Assembly: GCA_038231135.1 (NCBI GenBank)
Contig: JBBRLX010000004.1
Coordinates: 32,001 to 96,000, forward strand
Reading direction: 5' to 3'
DNA length: 64,000 bases
Source of the DNA: Candidatus Eiseniibacteriota bacterium
GTDB taxonomy: Bacteria > Eisenbacteria > RBG-16-71-46
Shown here: positions 40,503-50,948 of the stretch, in pieces
Numbering within the stretch: position 1 is the stretch's first letter
Layout of the letters: each line of letters opens with the position of its first letter
Notes under the pieces: generated by a model
The model's database searches: none
Seen by the model: the letters and a program-made list of their open reading frames with translations, nothing else
What the model was told of the DNA's origin: nothing
Position numbers and translations under genes: made by a program

Positions 40503-42209
40503 GTGCTGAATCTGCTGTTCATCGCCGACGTGATCGGATCGCCCGGCCGCAAGGTGGTCCGGGCGCTGCTGCCCGGCCTGCGCCGGCGCCACGCCATCGG
40601 CCTCGTGATCTGCAACTGCGAGAACTCCGCCGGCGGCTTCGGCGTGACGCGCGAGGGTGCCGCCGAGCTGTTCGACGCGGGCGTCGACGTGCTCACCGGC
40701 GGCAATCATCTGTGGGACAAGAAGGAGAGCCACGGCTACCTGAGCGAGGAGCCGCGGCTGGTGCGGCCCGCGAACATGCCCGAGACCACGCCCGGTCAGG
40801 GCTGGGGCGTGTTCCGCGCCACCGACGGCACGCCGGTCGCGGTCGTGAACCTGCTCGGCCGCGTGTTCATGAAGGAGATCGATTCGCCGTTCCCCGCCGT
40901 GGACCGCGTGCTCGCGGCGATCGGGGAGCGGGCGAAGGTCGTGTTCGTCGACTTCCATGCCGAGACCACGGCCGAGAAGGTGGCGCTCGGCTGGCATCTC
41001 GACGGCCGCGTGACAGCGCTCGTGGGCACGCACACCCACGTCCAGACCGCGGACGACCGCGTGCTGCCCCGCGGCACGGCATACCTGACGGACGCCGGCA
41101 TGACGGGCGGGTTCGACTCGGTGATCGGCATGGACCGCGTCGCGGCGCTGCGGCGCTTCACCACGCTCATGAACGTGCGCCTGTCGCCGTCCGATCACGA
41201 CCTGCGGCTGAACGCCGTGCTCGTGAGCGTCGACCCCGCGACCGGCCGCGCGGGTCGCATCGAGCGCCTGCAGATCCCGTGGGCGCCGCCGGCGGACGGC
41301 GGCGAGGGCGTGTCGACCACCCGGATCCTGCGCGGCGACGAACCGGCCGCGACCGTTCGCTACGGCGTCCAGCTCGAGGTACAGCGGCTGCGCGCGGGGG
41401 GCGTCGTGCCCACGCTCGCGCTGGTGTCGGTGGGCGACGACCCGGCGTCCCAGATCTACCTCAAGAAGAAGCGCGAGGCGTGCGCCGAGGCCGGCATCGA
41501 GGTGCAGCGCGTGACACTGCCCGCGGGTTCCGACACCCGCACCGTGGTCGAGCGCGTGCGCCAGCTGGGCAACGATCCCGCCGTGCACGGCATCCTCGTC
41601 CAGTTGCCGCTCGCGCCGCCCGCCGAATCGGAGGCCGTGCTCGACGCGATCCCGCCCGACAAGGACGTCGACGGGTTCCATCCCGTGAACGTGGGCCGGC
41701 TGAGCCTCGGCCTGCCGGCGCTGGTGCCGTGCACGCCGCGCGGCATCGTCGAGCTGCTGCGGTTCCACGAGGTGCCGCTGGCGGGCGCCCATGTCGTGGT
41801 GCTCGGCCGCAGCAACATCGTGGGCCGGCCGCTCGCGACGTTGCTGTCGGGCAAGGCCGTGAACGCGACGGTCACGCTGGGTCACAGCGCCAGCGGGCCC
41901 CGGCTGATCGAGCTCGCGCGCCAGGCCGACATCCTGGTGGCGGCGATGGGCCGTCCGGAGATCGTGACCGGCGACTGGGTAAAGCCCGGCGCCACCGTGG
42001 TCGACGTCGGCATCCACCGGCTGCCGGCGCCCGAGAAGCGCAGCGGCACGCGGGTGTGTGGTGACGTCGATGCGCAATCGGTGATGGGGATCGCGGGAGC
42101 CCTCACGCCGGTGCCCGGCGGCATCGGCCCCATGACGGTCGCGATGGTGCTGTCGAACGTGGTGCTCGCGACCGCGCGCCAGACGATCGGAGAGGAGGCC
42201 ACGCGATGA
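40503..42209 (+). CDS. ymdB-folD: Fusion of YmdB-family metallophosphoesterase and FolD methylenetetrahydrofolate dehydrogenase/cyclohydrolase
   Basis: aa 1-260: DVIG, NCEN, GNH, DFHAE, GTHTHVQT. aa 270-568: KDVDGFHP, PCTP, GRSNIVG, TPVPGGIGPMT. No stop between them. Confidence 0.92.
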   Translation: MLNLLFIADVIGSPGRKVVRALLPGLRRRHAIGLVICNCENSAGGFGVTREGAAELFDAGVDVLTGGNHLWDKKESHGYLSEEPRLVRPANMPETTPGQGWGVFRATDGTPVAVVNLLGRVFMKEIDSPFPAVDRVLAAIGERAKVVFVDFHAETTAEKVALGWHLDGRVTALVGTHTHVQTADDRVLPRGTAYLTDAGMTGGFDSVIGMDRVAALRRFTTLMNVRLSPSDHDLRLNAVLVSVDPATGRAGRIERLQIPWAPPADGGEGVSTTRILRGDEPAATVRYGVQLEVQRLRAGGVVPTLALVSVGDDPASQIYLKKKREACAEAGIEVQRVTLPAGSDTRTVVERVRQLGNDPAVHGILVQLPLAPPAESEAVLDAIPPDKDVDGFHPVNVGRLSLGLPALVPCTPRGIVELLRFHEVPLAGAHVVVLGRSNIVGRPLATLLSGKAVNATVTLGHSASGPRLIELARQADILVAAMGRPEIVTGDWVKPGATVVDVGIHRLPAPEKRSGTRVCGDVDAQSVMGIAGALTPVPGGIGPMTVAMVLSNVVLATARQTIGEEATR

Positions 42210-43576
42210 GCGCCGAGCCCTTGGCGAGCGACCGGGTGCTGTCGATCTCCGAGATCACGCGCGCGATCAAGGACACCCTGACCGAGCAATACTCCAACCT
42301 GTGGGTCAAGGGCGAGATCTCGGGACTCAAGCGCGCCGACAGCGGGCATCTGTACTTCAAGCTCAAGGAAGGCAAGCTCGCGGTGCTCGACTGCGCGATG
42401 TGGTCGCGCTGGGCGGCGACGCTGCCGTTCGAGCCGCAGGAGGGCCTCGAGGTCGAGGCGTTCGGAGACATCTCGGTGTACGAGCCGCGCGGCGCCTATC
42501 AACTCGCGGTCAAGCAGCTCAGGCCCGCCGGCCTCGGCGCCCTGCTGTTCCAGCTCGAGCAGCTCAAGCAACGGCTCGCCAAGGAGGGGCTGTTCGATGC
42601 CGAGCGCAAGCGGCCGCTGCCGCGCGTTCCCACCCGCGTGGGCGTCGTGACGTCGCCCGGGGGTGCCGCGTTCCGCGACGTGCTCAAGGTGATGCGCGCG
42701 CGCTGGCCCGGGATCACCGTGGTGCTCGCGCCGGTGCGCGTGCAGGGCCCGGGGGCGGCCGAGGAGATCGCCGCCGCGATCCGGCGGTTCGGCCGCTACG
42801 GCCAGGTCGACGTGCTGATCGTCGGCCGCGGCGGCGGCTCGATCGAGGACCTGTGGGCGTTCAACGAGGAGGTGGTGGTGCGCGCGGTCGCCGCGTCGGT
42901 CATCCCGATCATCTCCGCCGTCGGCCACGAGGTGGACTGGACGCTGTGCGATCTGGCGGCCGACGTCCGCGCCGCCACGCCGTCCAACGCCGCCGAGCTC
43001 GCGGTGCCGGACCGCGCATCGCTGGTCGATGCGCTGGAGCACCTGACGTCGCGTGGCGCCCGGGCCGTGCGCCGGCGGCTCGCGGACCACCGCCAGCGCC
43101 TCATGCACCTCACCGAGAAGTACGGGTTCGACCGCATGCAGCAGTTGTTCGAGGGCTGGCATCGCATTCTCGAAACCGGACGCGACCGGATGCGATTGGC
43201 GCTCGGTGGCCGCCTCGGCCGCTCGCGCCAGCAGCTCGGCCACCTGGCTGGCAGCTACGCGCTCGTGGAGTGGCCGCGCACCCTCGAACACCGTCGCGCC
43301 GACCTCGTCGCCGAATGCGAGGACCTCGCCGCGGCGCTGGTGCGGGGGCTGCACGAGCGCCGCCGGCAGCTCGGCGCCTGCAGCGACCAGCTGCGCGCGC
43401 TGTCGCCGCGGCTGGTGCTCGAGCGCGGCTATTGCCTCGCGCGGGGGACGGACGGTAGTGTTCTCCGGTCCGCCGAGGTGCTGGCGGCGGGAGATCGGGT
43501 GACGCTCGAATTCGCGCGCGGCGAAGCCGACGCCCTGGTCGAGGCGGTACGCCCCGGAGGCAGCCATGGCGGGTAG
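42206..43576 (+). CDS. xseA: Exodeoxyribonuclease VII large subunit
   Basis: GEIS, SGHLYFKLK, RGGGSIEDLWAFNEE, SAVGHE, TPSNAAE. Confidence 0.96.
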   Translation: MSAEPLASDRVLSISEITRAIKDTLTEQYSNLWVKGEISGLKRADSGHLYFKLKEGKLAVLDCAMWSRWAATLPFEPQEGLEVEAFGDISVYEPRGAYQLAVKQLRPAGLGALLFQLEQLKQRLAKEGLFDAERKRPLPRVPTRVGVVTSPGGAAFRDVLKVMRARWPGITVVLAPVRVQGPGAAEEIAAAIRRFGRYGQVDVLIVGRGGGSIEDLWAFNEEVVVRAVAASVIPIISAVGHEVDWTLCDLAADVRAATPSNAAELAVPDRASLVDALEHLTSRGARAVRRRLADHRQRLMHLTEKYGFDRMQQLFEGWHRILETGRDRMRLALGGRLGRSRQQLGHLAGSYALVEWPRTLEHRRADLVAECEDLAAALVRGLHERRRQLGACSDQLRALSPRLVLERGYCLARGTDGSVLRSAEVLAAGDRVTLEFARGEADALVEAVRPGGSHGG

Positions 43577-43895
43577 CAGTCGATCCGGAACGCCGGCGGA
43601 CAACGGCGATGCCGCCCTGACGTTCGAGGCGGCGCTCGAGCGGTTGCGCTCGATCGTCGAGTCGCTCGAGCGCGGCGACCTGACGCTCGACGAATCGATC
43701 GCTCGATACGAAGAGGGCATGCGCCTGTCCCGGCGGTTGACCCAGCAGCTCGACCAGGCCGAGAAACGCATCGAGCGGCTGATGGAAGCGTCGAACGACG
43801 CCGATCCCCCCACGACCCGGCCGATGGAGGTCGAGCTCCGGGGTGGAGACGCCCCCGGCGGCGGGCCGCTCCCCGAGGGTGAGCTGCCGTTTTGA
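43566..43895 (+). CDS. xseB: Exodeoxyribonuclease VII small subunit
   Basis: FEAALERL..IV..LE.GDLTLDESI..YEEG. Confidence 0.95.
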   Translation: MAGSSRSGTPADNGDAALTFEAALERLRSIVESLERGDLTLDESIARYEEGMRLSRRLTQQLDQAEKRIERLMEASNDADPPTTRPMEVELRGGDAPGGGPLPEGELPF

Positions 43896-44917
43896 CCGCC
43901 ACCGCAGGACGCCGCGAGTCCGCGGCCGCCAACGGCAAGGCCGCTCCCGTGCGCCGCCGCGCGTCCGCCCGACCCGCGCGCGCACAGCGCCGGTCCGCAG
44001 CCACCAACGGCAACCGTCCGCGCGCGCGCCGTGCCTTAGCCGACGCGCTCGCGCCGCTGCGTGACGCGTTCGAGCGCGCCTTCGAGCGGGCGCTGCCGGG
44101 TCCCGCGATCGTGCCGGCGCGGCTCCACGCCGCGATCCGCTACAGCGCGCTGTCGCCAGGCAAGCGGCTGCGGCCGCTGCTGGTGCTCACCGCGTGCGAG
44201 ACCGTGGGCGGCGACTGGCGGCGGGCGCTGCCGGCGGCCGTGGCCGTCGAGTGCGTGCACGCGTTCTCGCTCGTCCACGACGACCTGCCGGCGATGGACG
44301 ACGACGACTGGCGCCGCGGCCGCGCGACCACGCACCGCAAGTACGGCGAGGCGATGGGCGTGCTCGCCGGCGACGCGCTGCTGGCGTTCGCGTTCGAGGA
44401 GCTGGCGAAGCTCGCGGATCTGGGTGTGGCCGCGGACCGCGTGGTGCGCGCGGTCACGGTGCTCGCGACGGCGGCGGGCAGCCGTGAGCTCGTCGGCGGG
44501 CAGGTGCTCGATCTCGACGCCGAGGGCCGCCGCGCCACCGGCGCCGCGGTGCGCGCGATCCACAGCCGCAAGACCGGCGCGCTGATCGCCGCGTCGCTGG
44601 TGCTGGGCGGCATCGCCGGCGGCGGCGGCACCGCCGCGATCGACTCGCTCGAGCGGCTGGGCCGCGAGCTGGGGCTCGCGTTCCAGATCCACGACGACCT
44701 GCTGAACCGCGGCTCGTCGCTGGCGCGGCTCGGCAAGCGCGCGGGCACCGACGACGCGCGCGGCAAGGCGACCTACCCGCGCGCGGTGGGCGAGGAGCGG
44801 GCGCGGCTCGAGGCGGCGCGGCTGTTCCGCGCGGCGCTGGTCCGCGTAACGGGCTACGGTCCCCGGGGCAAGCGGCTCGCCGAGCTGGCGCTGGGCGTCG
44901 CCGAGCGGGATCACTGA
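43892..44917 (+). CDS. ispA: Polyprenyl (farnesyl/geranylgeranyl) diphosphate synthase
   Basis: GKRLRP, SLVHDDLPAMDDDDWRRG, KTGAL, FQIHDDLL, GKATYP. Confidence 0.93.
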   Translation: MTATAGRRESAAANGKAAPVRRRASARPARAQRRSAATNGNRPRARRALADALAPLRDAFERAFERALPGPAIVPARLHAAIRYSALSPGKRLRPLLVLTACETVGGDWRRALPAAVAVECVHAFSLVHDDLPAMDDDDWRRGRATTHRKYGEAMGVLAGDALLAFAFEELAKLADLGVAADRVVRAVTVLATAAGSRELVGGQVLDLDAEGRRATGAAVRAIHSRKTGALIAASLVLGGIAGGGGTAAIDSLERLGRELGLAFQIHDDLLNRGSSLARLGKRAGTDDARGKATYPRAVGEERARLEAARLFRAALVRVTGYGPRGKRLAELALGVAERDH

Positions 44918-44918
44918 C

Positions 44919-45377
44919 ATGACCCACGACCTGACCCACGGCCCCGTGCCCAATGTGGCGTTCTGGCTCGCGCTCGGCATCGGGTTCCTGGTGCAGGGTT
45001 TCAAGGGCTTCTGGGTGTACTTCGAGACCAGGCGCTGGAACCTGAGACGGTTCGTCGAGACCGGCGGCATGCCCAGCTCGCACGCAGCGTCGGTCGCGGC
45101 GCTGTCCACCTCGATCGGCATCCAGGATGGCTTCCGCTCGCCGCTGTTCGCCGCCACCCTGTATTTCAGTTTGGTCGTCATGTACGATGCTGCCGGATTG
45201 AGGCGTGCCGCCGGACGCCAGGCGATGGTGCTCAACCGGCTGATCGAAGAGCACTTCTCCCATCCCGAGGAAGGCGCTCAAAAGTTGATGGAGCTCCTGG
45301 GACACACGCCGTTCGAGGTGCTGGTCGGGGCCCTGCTCGGCATGGTCGCAGCCATTCTCTGGCATTGGATCTTCTGA
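44919..45377 (+). CDS. Divergent PAP2 family protein (DUF212/YuiD)
   Basis: GGMPSSH, VMYDAAGLRRAAG.QA, LGHTP.EV. Confidence 0.92.
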   Translation: MTHDLTHGPVPNVAFWLALGIGFLVQGFKGFWVYFETRRWNLRRFVETGGMPSSHAASVAALSTSIGIQDGFRSPLFAATLYFSLVVMYDAAGLRRAAGRQAMVLNRLIEEHFSHPEEGAQKLMELLGHTPFEVLVGALLGMVAAILWHWIF

Positions 45378-45381
45378 ACTC

Positions 45382-47268
45382 ATGAGCCTGCTCGAACGCA
45401 TCCAGTCGCCCGCCGACGTGAAGGCGCTGTCCCGGCCCGAGCTCGACCAGCTCGTCACCGAGATGCGCCACGTGATCGTCCAGACCGTGGCCCGGCGCGC
45501 CGGCCACCTCGCGCCCAACCTCGGGGTGATCGAGCTGACGATCGCGCTGCATCGCGTGTTCGATTCGCCGGACGACAAGATCCTGTGGGACGTGGGTCAC
45601 CAGAGCTATCCCCACAAGCTGCTCACCGGGCGCGTCGACCGGTTCGACACGCTGCGCACGCAGGGCGGCCTCGCCGGTTATCCCAACCGCGACGAGAGCG
45701 AGCACGACCCGTTCGGCACCTGCCACGGCAGCACGTCGATCTCGGCCGCGCTGGGACTCGCGGTCGCGCGCGATCTCCTGGGGCAGAAGCACCACGTGAT
45801 CGCGGTGATCGGCGACGGCGCGCTCACCGGGGGCATGGCGTTCGAGGGGTTGAACAACGTCGGCGAGCTGGGCAAGCGGCTGATCGTGATCCTCAACGAC
45901 AACGAGATGAGCATCTCGCCCAACATCGGCGCGATCCACCGCTACCTGACCAAGCTCACCACCAGCCGCATCTACCGGCGGTTCGAGCACGACGTGTACG
46001 AGCTGCTGGGCAAGCTGCCGCGGGCGTTCCGCGCGCGCGAGGGCGCCCGGCGCGTGAAAGAGGGCCTGCAGAACCTGGTCGTGCCCGGCATCCTGTTCGA
46101 GGAGTTCGGCCTCAAGTACTTCGGCCCGATCGACGGCCACGATCTCGACGTGCTCGAAGAAACGCTGTCGGACCTCAAGCGCTTCGAGGGCCCCACGCTA
46201 TTGCACGTCGTGACCCGCAAGGGCAAGGGCTACGCGCCCGCCGAGGGTGACGCCACGATGTTCCATGGCATCGGGGTGTTCGACGCCGACACCGGGATCG
46301 CCTCCAAGAGCTCGAGCCGCACCTACACCCAGGTGTTTGGCGAGACCGCCATGGAGATCGCCAGCCAGATCCCCGAGGTCGTGGCCGTGACCGCGGCGAT
46401 GACCGACAACACCGGCTTGAAGCCGTTCGCGAACAAGTATCCCGACCGGTTCTTCGACGTGGGCATGGCCGAGGAGCACGCCGTCACCTACTCGGCCGGC
46501 CTCGCCGCCGGCGGGCTCCAGCCGATCACCGCGATCTACTCCACGTTCCTGCAGCGCTCGTTCGACCAGATCATCCACGACGTCGCGGTGCAGAACCTCC
46601 GCATCCTGCTGGCCGTCGACCGCGCGGGCCTGGTGGGCGAGGACGGCGCGCCGCAGCACGGCGCGTTCGACATCGGCTACCTGCGCATGATCCCGGGCGT
46701 GGTGGTGATGGCGCCCAGGGACGGCGCCGAGCTGCGCGACATGCTGTGGACCGGCATCCGCAAGGGTGGTGCTATGGCCGTGCGATTCCCGCGCGCGGCG
46801 ATCCCCGACGCCGACGCGCCCAAGCGCGAGCCGCGCATCCTCGAGATCGGCAAGTCCGAGCAGCTGCGCGCCGGCGGCGACGTGGCGATCTTCGCGTTCG
46901 GCACCATGGTGGTGCCCGCGATGCAGGCCGCCGAGCTGCTCGAGGCCGACGGCATCAAGGCGACGGTCGTGAACGCGCGGTTCGCGGCGCCCGTCGACGA
47001 GGCCGCGATCGTGGGCCTCGCCAGGTCGGTGGGCCGCATCGTCACGGTCGAGGAGAACGTGCCGATGGGCGGCTTCGGCAGCGCCGTCAGCGAGTGCCTC
47101 GACCGCGCCGGGCTGTCGCACACGCCGCTCCACCGCATCGCGCTGCCCGAGACGTTCGTGACCCACGGCAAGCGCGACGAGCTGCTCCGGCAGGTCGGCC
47201 TCGACGCCTCGGGCATCGCGCGCCGCGTGCTCGACTGGGTCCAGGTCACTCAGCGCCAGTACACATGA
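45382..47268 (+). CDS. dxs: 1-deoxy-D-xylulose-5-phosphate synthase
   Basis: WDVGHQSYPHK, GDGALTGG, NDNEMSI, IYSTFLQR, DRAGLVGEDG. Confidence 0.97.
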   Translation: MSLLERIQSPADVKALSRPELDQLVTEMRHVIVQTVARRAGHLAPNLGVIELTIALHRVFDSPDDKILWDVGHQSYPHKLLTGRVDRFDTLRTQGGLAGYPNRDESEHDPFGTCHGSTSISAALGLAVARDLLGQKHHVIAVIGDGALTGGMAFEGLNNVGELGKRLIVILNDNEMSISPNIGAIHRYLTKLTTSRIYRRFEHDVYELLGKLPRAFRAREGARRVKEGLQNLVVPGILFEEFGLKYFGPIDGHDLDVLEETLSDLKRFEGPTLLHVVTRKGKGYAPAEGDATMFHGIGVFDADTGIASKSSSRTYTQVFGETAMEIASQIPEVVAVTAAMTDNTGLKPFANKYPDRFFDVGMAEEHAVTYSAGLAAGGLQPITAIYSTFLQRSFDQIIHDVAVQNLRILLAVDRAGLVGEDGAPQHGAFDIGYLRMIPGVVVMAPRDGAELRDMLWTGIRKGGAMAVRFPRAAIPDADAPKREPRILEIGKSEQLRAGGDVAIFAFGTMVVPAMQAAELLEADGIKATVVNARFAAPVDEAAIVGLARSVGRIVTVEENVPMGGFGSAVSECLDRAGLSHTPLHRIALPETFVTHGKRDELLRQVGLDASGIARRVLDWVQVTQRQYT

Positions 47269-48143
47269 CCGCCCGCGCGAAGCGCGTCGGCATCCTGGGC
47301 CACACCGGGAGGCCCGGCGTGACTCGGGCGGCCGCGCGCCTCGCCACCCTGCTGCGCCGCCGCGGCGCCCAGGTGCGCTACGACGCCCGGCTGGGCGGCG
47401 AGGCCGGCGCCGACAGCATGCCGCTCGACGCGCTCGCCGCGTGGTGCGACCTGCTGGTGACGCTGGGCGGCGACGGCACCGTGCTGATCGGCGGCCGCGC
47501 GCTCGCCGGCAAGCGGGGGACGCTGCTGCCGATCAATCTCGGCGGCCTCGGGTTCCTCACCGTCGCCGAGAGCGACGAGATCGCCGTGGCGCTCAAGCAC
47601 GCGCTCGACGGCACGTGGCCCGTGGTGCCGCGCCGCATGGTGAGCGCGCTGGTGCGCCGCCGCAGCCGCACCGTGGCGCGCGGCGTCGCGATGAACGACG
47701 CCGTGATCAAGGGCGCGGGAGGGTACGCCGCGATCCATCTGCGGCTCGCGACGCTCGGCAGCGACCTCGGCCACCTGGTGGCCGACGGCCTGATCGCCGC
47801 GACCGCCGCCGGCTCGACCGCGTATTCGCTGTCGGCAGGCGGCCCGCTGCTCGCGCCCGACGTGGACGCGATGGTGGTGACGCCGGTGTGCGCGCACTCG
47901 CTCGGCAGCCGGGCGCTGGTGCTGGCGCCGGGCTCGGAGCTCGAGGTGCAGGTGATCGGCTCGTTCGACCGCACCGTGCTGCTGTTCGACGGCCAGGAGA
48001 GCGTGGACCTGTCGCCGGGCGACAACGTGTCGATCCGGCTCGACCGCACGTCGGTCAAGATTTTCCAGAATCCCAAGCGCCCGTTCGGCATGTCGCTGCA
48101 GAACAAGCTCGGCTGGCAGGGGAGCAAGAAGCGGAGCATGTAG
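47265..48143 (+). CDS. nadK: NAD+ kinase
   Basis: LGGDGT, NLGGLGFL, MND, GSTAYSLSAGGP; ATGA overlap with dxs. Confidence 0.93.
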   Translation: MTARAKRVGILGHTGRPGVTRAAARLATLLRRRGAQVRYDARLGGEAGADSMPLDALAAWCDLLVTLGGDGTVLIGGRALAGKRGTLLPINLGGLGFLTVAESDEIAVALKHALDGTWPVVPRRMVSALVRRRSRTVARGVAMNDAVIKGAGGYAAIHLRLATLGSDLGHLVADGLIAATAAGSTAYSLSAGGPLLAPDVDAMVVTPVCAHSLGSRALVLAPGSELEVQVIGSFDRTVLLFDGQESVDLSPGDNVSIRLDRTSVKIFQNPKRPFGMSLQNKLGWQGSKKRSM

Positions 48144-48287
48144 CCGGAGGCCATTCAGGCGGGTGGGGTCGTCCCGGCGGCCGCGTGCTGCTCCAGCGTC
48201 ATCAGCGCGATCAGCGCATGATCGGCAATGCCCGGCGCATGGACCGCCGGCACCTGCGGGAGCGGCGACGGCCCGCGGGATTCGCTC

Positions 48288-48798
48288 TCACTCGCAGGTG
48301 ATGTGGACCTGCGCCTTGCCTCCGCGTCCCGAGACGACGTCGATGTTCATCTCCCCGAACTCGCCCACCAGTTGGTCGATCGTGTCGGCGTCGATCCTGG
48401 AGAGATCCACGTCCACGCCACGCTCGCGCAGACGTCCTTGCAGGCCCGCTCCGGTGAGGCCGGGAATCATGGCCCCCGAGACGCATGCCGTTGCGGACCA
48501 GCGCGACCGGCACGCGAATCGTGACCTCACGGCTGCGGCCGCCCGTGTAGCTGGGCCACATCCAGGCCCGGCGCGAATGCTCCCCGTCGTCGCCGGGCCA
48601 GCTGCGGGTCTTGGTGATGGTGATGGGCAGGAACTTGGGGGACGGAGCTTCGACGGTCGCGGCTCCCTTCCCCGCGGCCCCGGTGGCTGCAGCGCCGGTG
48701 GACTCAGGCCCGATCGCCGCCAACAACCGGTCGGCTTCGTTCACCGTAATCTTGCCCTGTGCCAGCAGGTCCAGCACACGGCGGATCTCGTCGCTCAT
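48288..48798 (-). pseudogene. SHOCT-like/YvlB-like DUF2089 partner, frameshifted
   Basis: MSDEIRRVLDLLAQGKITVNEADRLL...VTIRVPVALV; the reading frame shifts at a G5 run (48473-48477) into AMIPGL...VHITCE*. Confidence 0.7.
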
Positions 48799-49055
48799 GA
48801 CGACTCCTTCGGGCGCATCTGGTTGAGAACTTCCTCCACGCTCAGCTCGCCGCGCTCGAGGCGGGTGAGCAACTCGCTCGTGGACGGGGGCGCCGGCTCA
48901 GTCTCCAGCGCGATTTCGACGAACGGCAGCAACGCGCCGATGCGATTCAGGCGGTTCTTGATGGTTGGATAGCTCACGCCGAACAGCTGCTCCATCTGCT
49001 TGATGGATCCGTGGCATCTCACGAAGGCAACACACAGCCTCGACATTGGCAACAC
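48795..49055 (-). pseudogene. DUF2089 family HTH protein, 5'-truncated
   Basis: FVRCHGSIKQMEQLFGVSYPTIKNRL...LERGELSVEE; the N-terminal region is missing. Confidence 0.75.
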
Positions 49056-49195
49056 CTTGGGCAGTCCGGAGATACAGCGCAGGCCGGGATCCGGACCATC
49101 ACCCGGCTCCGGGCCTCCCGATGGCCTTCCCCCGTCGCCCCGTCTAGACTCCCGTCACCATTGCCCTCGCTTCACGCTCCCGGCCGGGGTCTTCC

Positions 49196-50896
49196 GTGCT
49201 CGAACGACTGACACTGCGTGATCTGGTCCTGATCGAACGCGCCGACATCGAATTCGGCCCCGGCTTGAACGTGGTCACCGGCGAGACCGGCGCGGGCAAG
49301 TCGCTGCTGGTGCTGGCGGTGAATCTGCTGATCGGCGAGCGCGCGGACGCCGACATCGTGCGCGAGGGCGCGAAGGCTGCGATCGCCGAGGGCGAGTTCC
49401 GGGTGAGCGCGGCGCGCGTCGCCGGCGTGCGTGCGCTGCTCGACGAATGGGGCACCGAGTTCGACGGCGACACGCTGATCGTGCGCCGTGAGGTCACGGC
49501 CGCGGGCCGCAGCCGGGCGGTGGTCAACGATCGCGTGGTCACACTCGCAGCACTGCGCCGGCTGGGCGAGCTGCTGGTGGATCTCCACGGCCAGCACGAG
49601 CACCAGAGCCTGCTGCGCGCCGACGCCGGGCTCGAGACGCTCGACGGGCTGGGCGGCCTCAGCGAACCCCGCGCTCGCTACGTCGAGGCGCTGGCCGAGC
49701 TGCGTGCGGCCGAGATCGATCTCGACCGTCTCGAGGAGTCGCTACGCACGTGGGAGGACCGCCGCGGCTGGATGATGGACGCTGCGGCCGAGCTCGACGC
49801 CGCGCAGCTCGTCGACGGCGAGGACGAGCGGCTGCGTGACGACGCGGCGCGGCTCGCGCACGCGGACCGGCTGCGCGAGCGCGTCACGCATGCGCTGGCG
49901 AAGCTATCGGACGCGGACGACGCGGCCGTGCCGTCGATGACGGCTGCGGCCCACGCGCTCGAGCAGGCGGCGGCGATCGACTCGAGCCTCGCGAACGTGC
50001 TCGCGCCGCTGGAAGAGGCGCGCATCGCCGCCGGCGAGGCGGCGCGTGCGCTCGCGGAGTACCTCGACGCGCTGGAGGCCGATCCCGCGGCGCTCGAGCA
50101 GATCGAGGCCCGCCGCGAGCTGCTGGCGCGGCTGGCGCGCAAGCATCGCCGCCCGGTGGCCGGGCTGATCGCGTGGCGCGAGGAGCTGGCGGACGAACTG
50201 ACGCTGGGGGAGAGCGGCTCCGAGGCGCTCGACGCGGCGCGGGCGCGCGTCACGGCGGCGCGCTCCGCCACGCGCGCGGCCGGTCGCGCGCTGACGCGGG
50301 CACGGCAGGCGGCGGCACGCGAATTCGGCACGCGGATCACGCGCGAGCTGCGGCCGCTGGGGTTCCAGCACGCGAAGCTGGAGTTCGCGGTCGAGTCGTC
50401 GGGCGGCGCCGAGTCCGAGTTCCTGGCTCACGGGCTCGACCGGGTCGAGATCCTGTTCGCCGCCAACCCCGGAGAACCCGCGCGGCCATTACGGAAGATC
50501 GCGTCCGGCGGCGAGCTGTCGAGGGTCATGCTCGCCTTGAAGTCAGCGCTGCAAACCCAAGACTGCGTTGACGTTCTGCTGTTCGATGAAGTAGATTCCG
50601 GGATCGGCGGCGCCGTCGCACAGGCCGTCGGCGAGCGGCTCCAGGGGCTCGCACGACACCGGCATGTGCTGTGTGTGACCCACCTGCCGATGATCGCGGC
50701 CCTTGCCGCCCGACACCTGCGCATCCGCAAGCACGTCGTCCATCAGCGCACGCTCGCCACGGTCGAGACGCTCGACGGCGACGATCGCATCGAGGAGATC
50801 GCACGCATGCTCGCAGGCAGCCGCACCACCGACACCACGCGCCGCCAGGCGCGCGAGTTGCTCGACGAAGCGCCGGAGCAGGGAGCCGCGCGGTGA
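49196..50896 (+). CDS. recN: DNA repair protein RecN
   Basis: TGETGAGKS, HGQHEHQ, IASGGELSR, FDEVDSG, CVTHLP. Confidence 0.96.
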   Translation: MLERLTLRDLVLIERADIEFGPGLNVVTGETGAGKSLLVLAVNLLIGERADADIVREGAKAAIAEGEFRVSAARVAGVRALLDEWGTEFDGDTLIVRREVTAAGRSRAVVNDRVVTLAALRRLGELLVDLHGQHEHQSLLRADAGLETLDGLGGLSEPRARYVEALAELRAAEIDLDRLEESLRTWEDRRGWMMDAAAELDAAQLVDGEDERLRDDAARLAHADRLRERVTHALAKLSDADDAAVPSMTAAAHALEQAAAIDSSLANVLAPLEEARIAAGEAARALAEYLDALEADPAALEQIEARRELLARLARKHRRPVAGLIAWREELADELTLGESGSEALDAARARVTAARSATRAAGRALTRARQAAAREFGTRITRELRPLGFQHAKLEFAVESSGGAESEFLAHGLDRVEILFAANPGEPARPLRKIASGGELSRVMLALKSALQTQDCVDVLLFDEVDSGIGGAVAQAVGERLQGLARHRHVLCVTHLPMIAALAARHLRIRKHVVHQRTLATVETLDGDDRIEEIARMLAGSRTTDTTRRQARELLDEAPEQGAAR

Positions 50897-50948
50897 TCGC
50901 GCGCGCGGGCGTCGGCGAACCGGCGCACGTGCCGGCCGCGGGTGTGCG

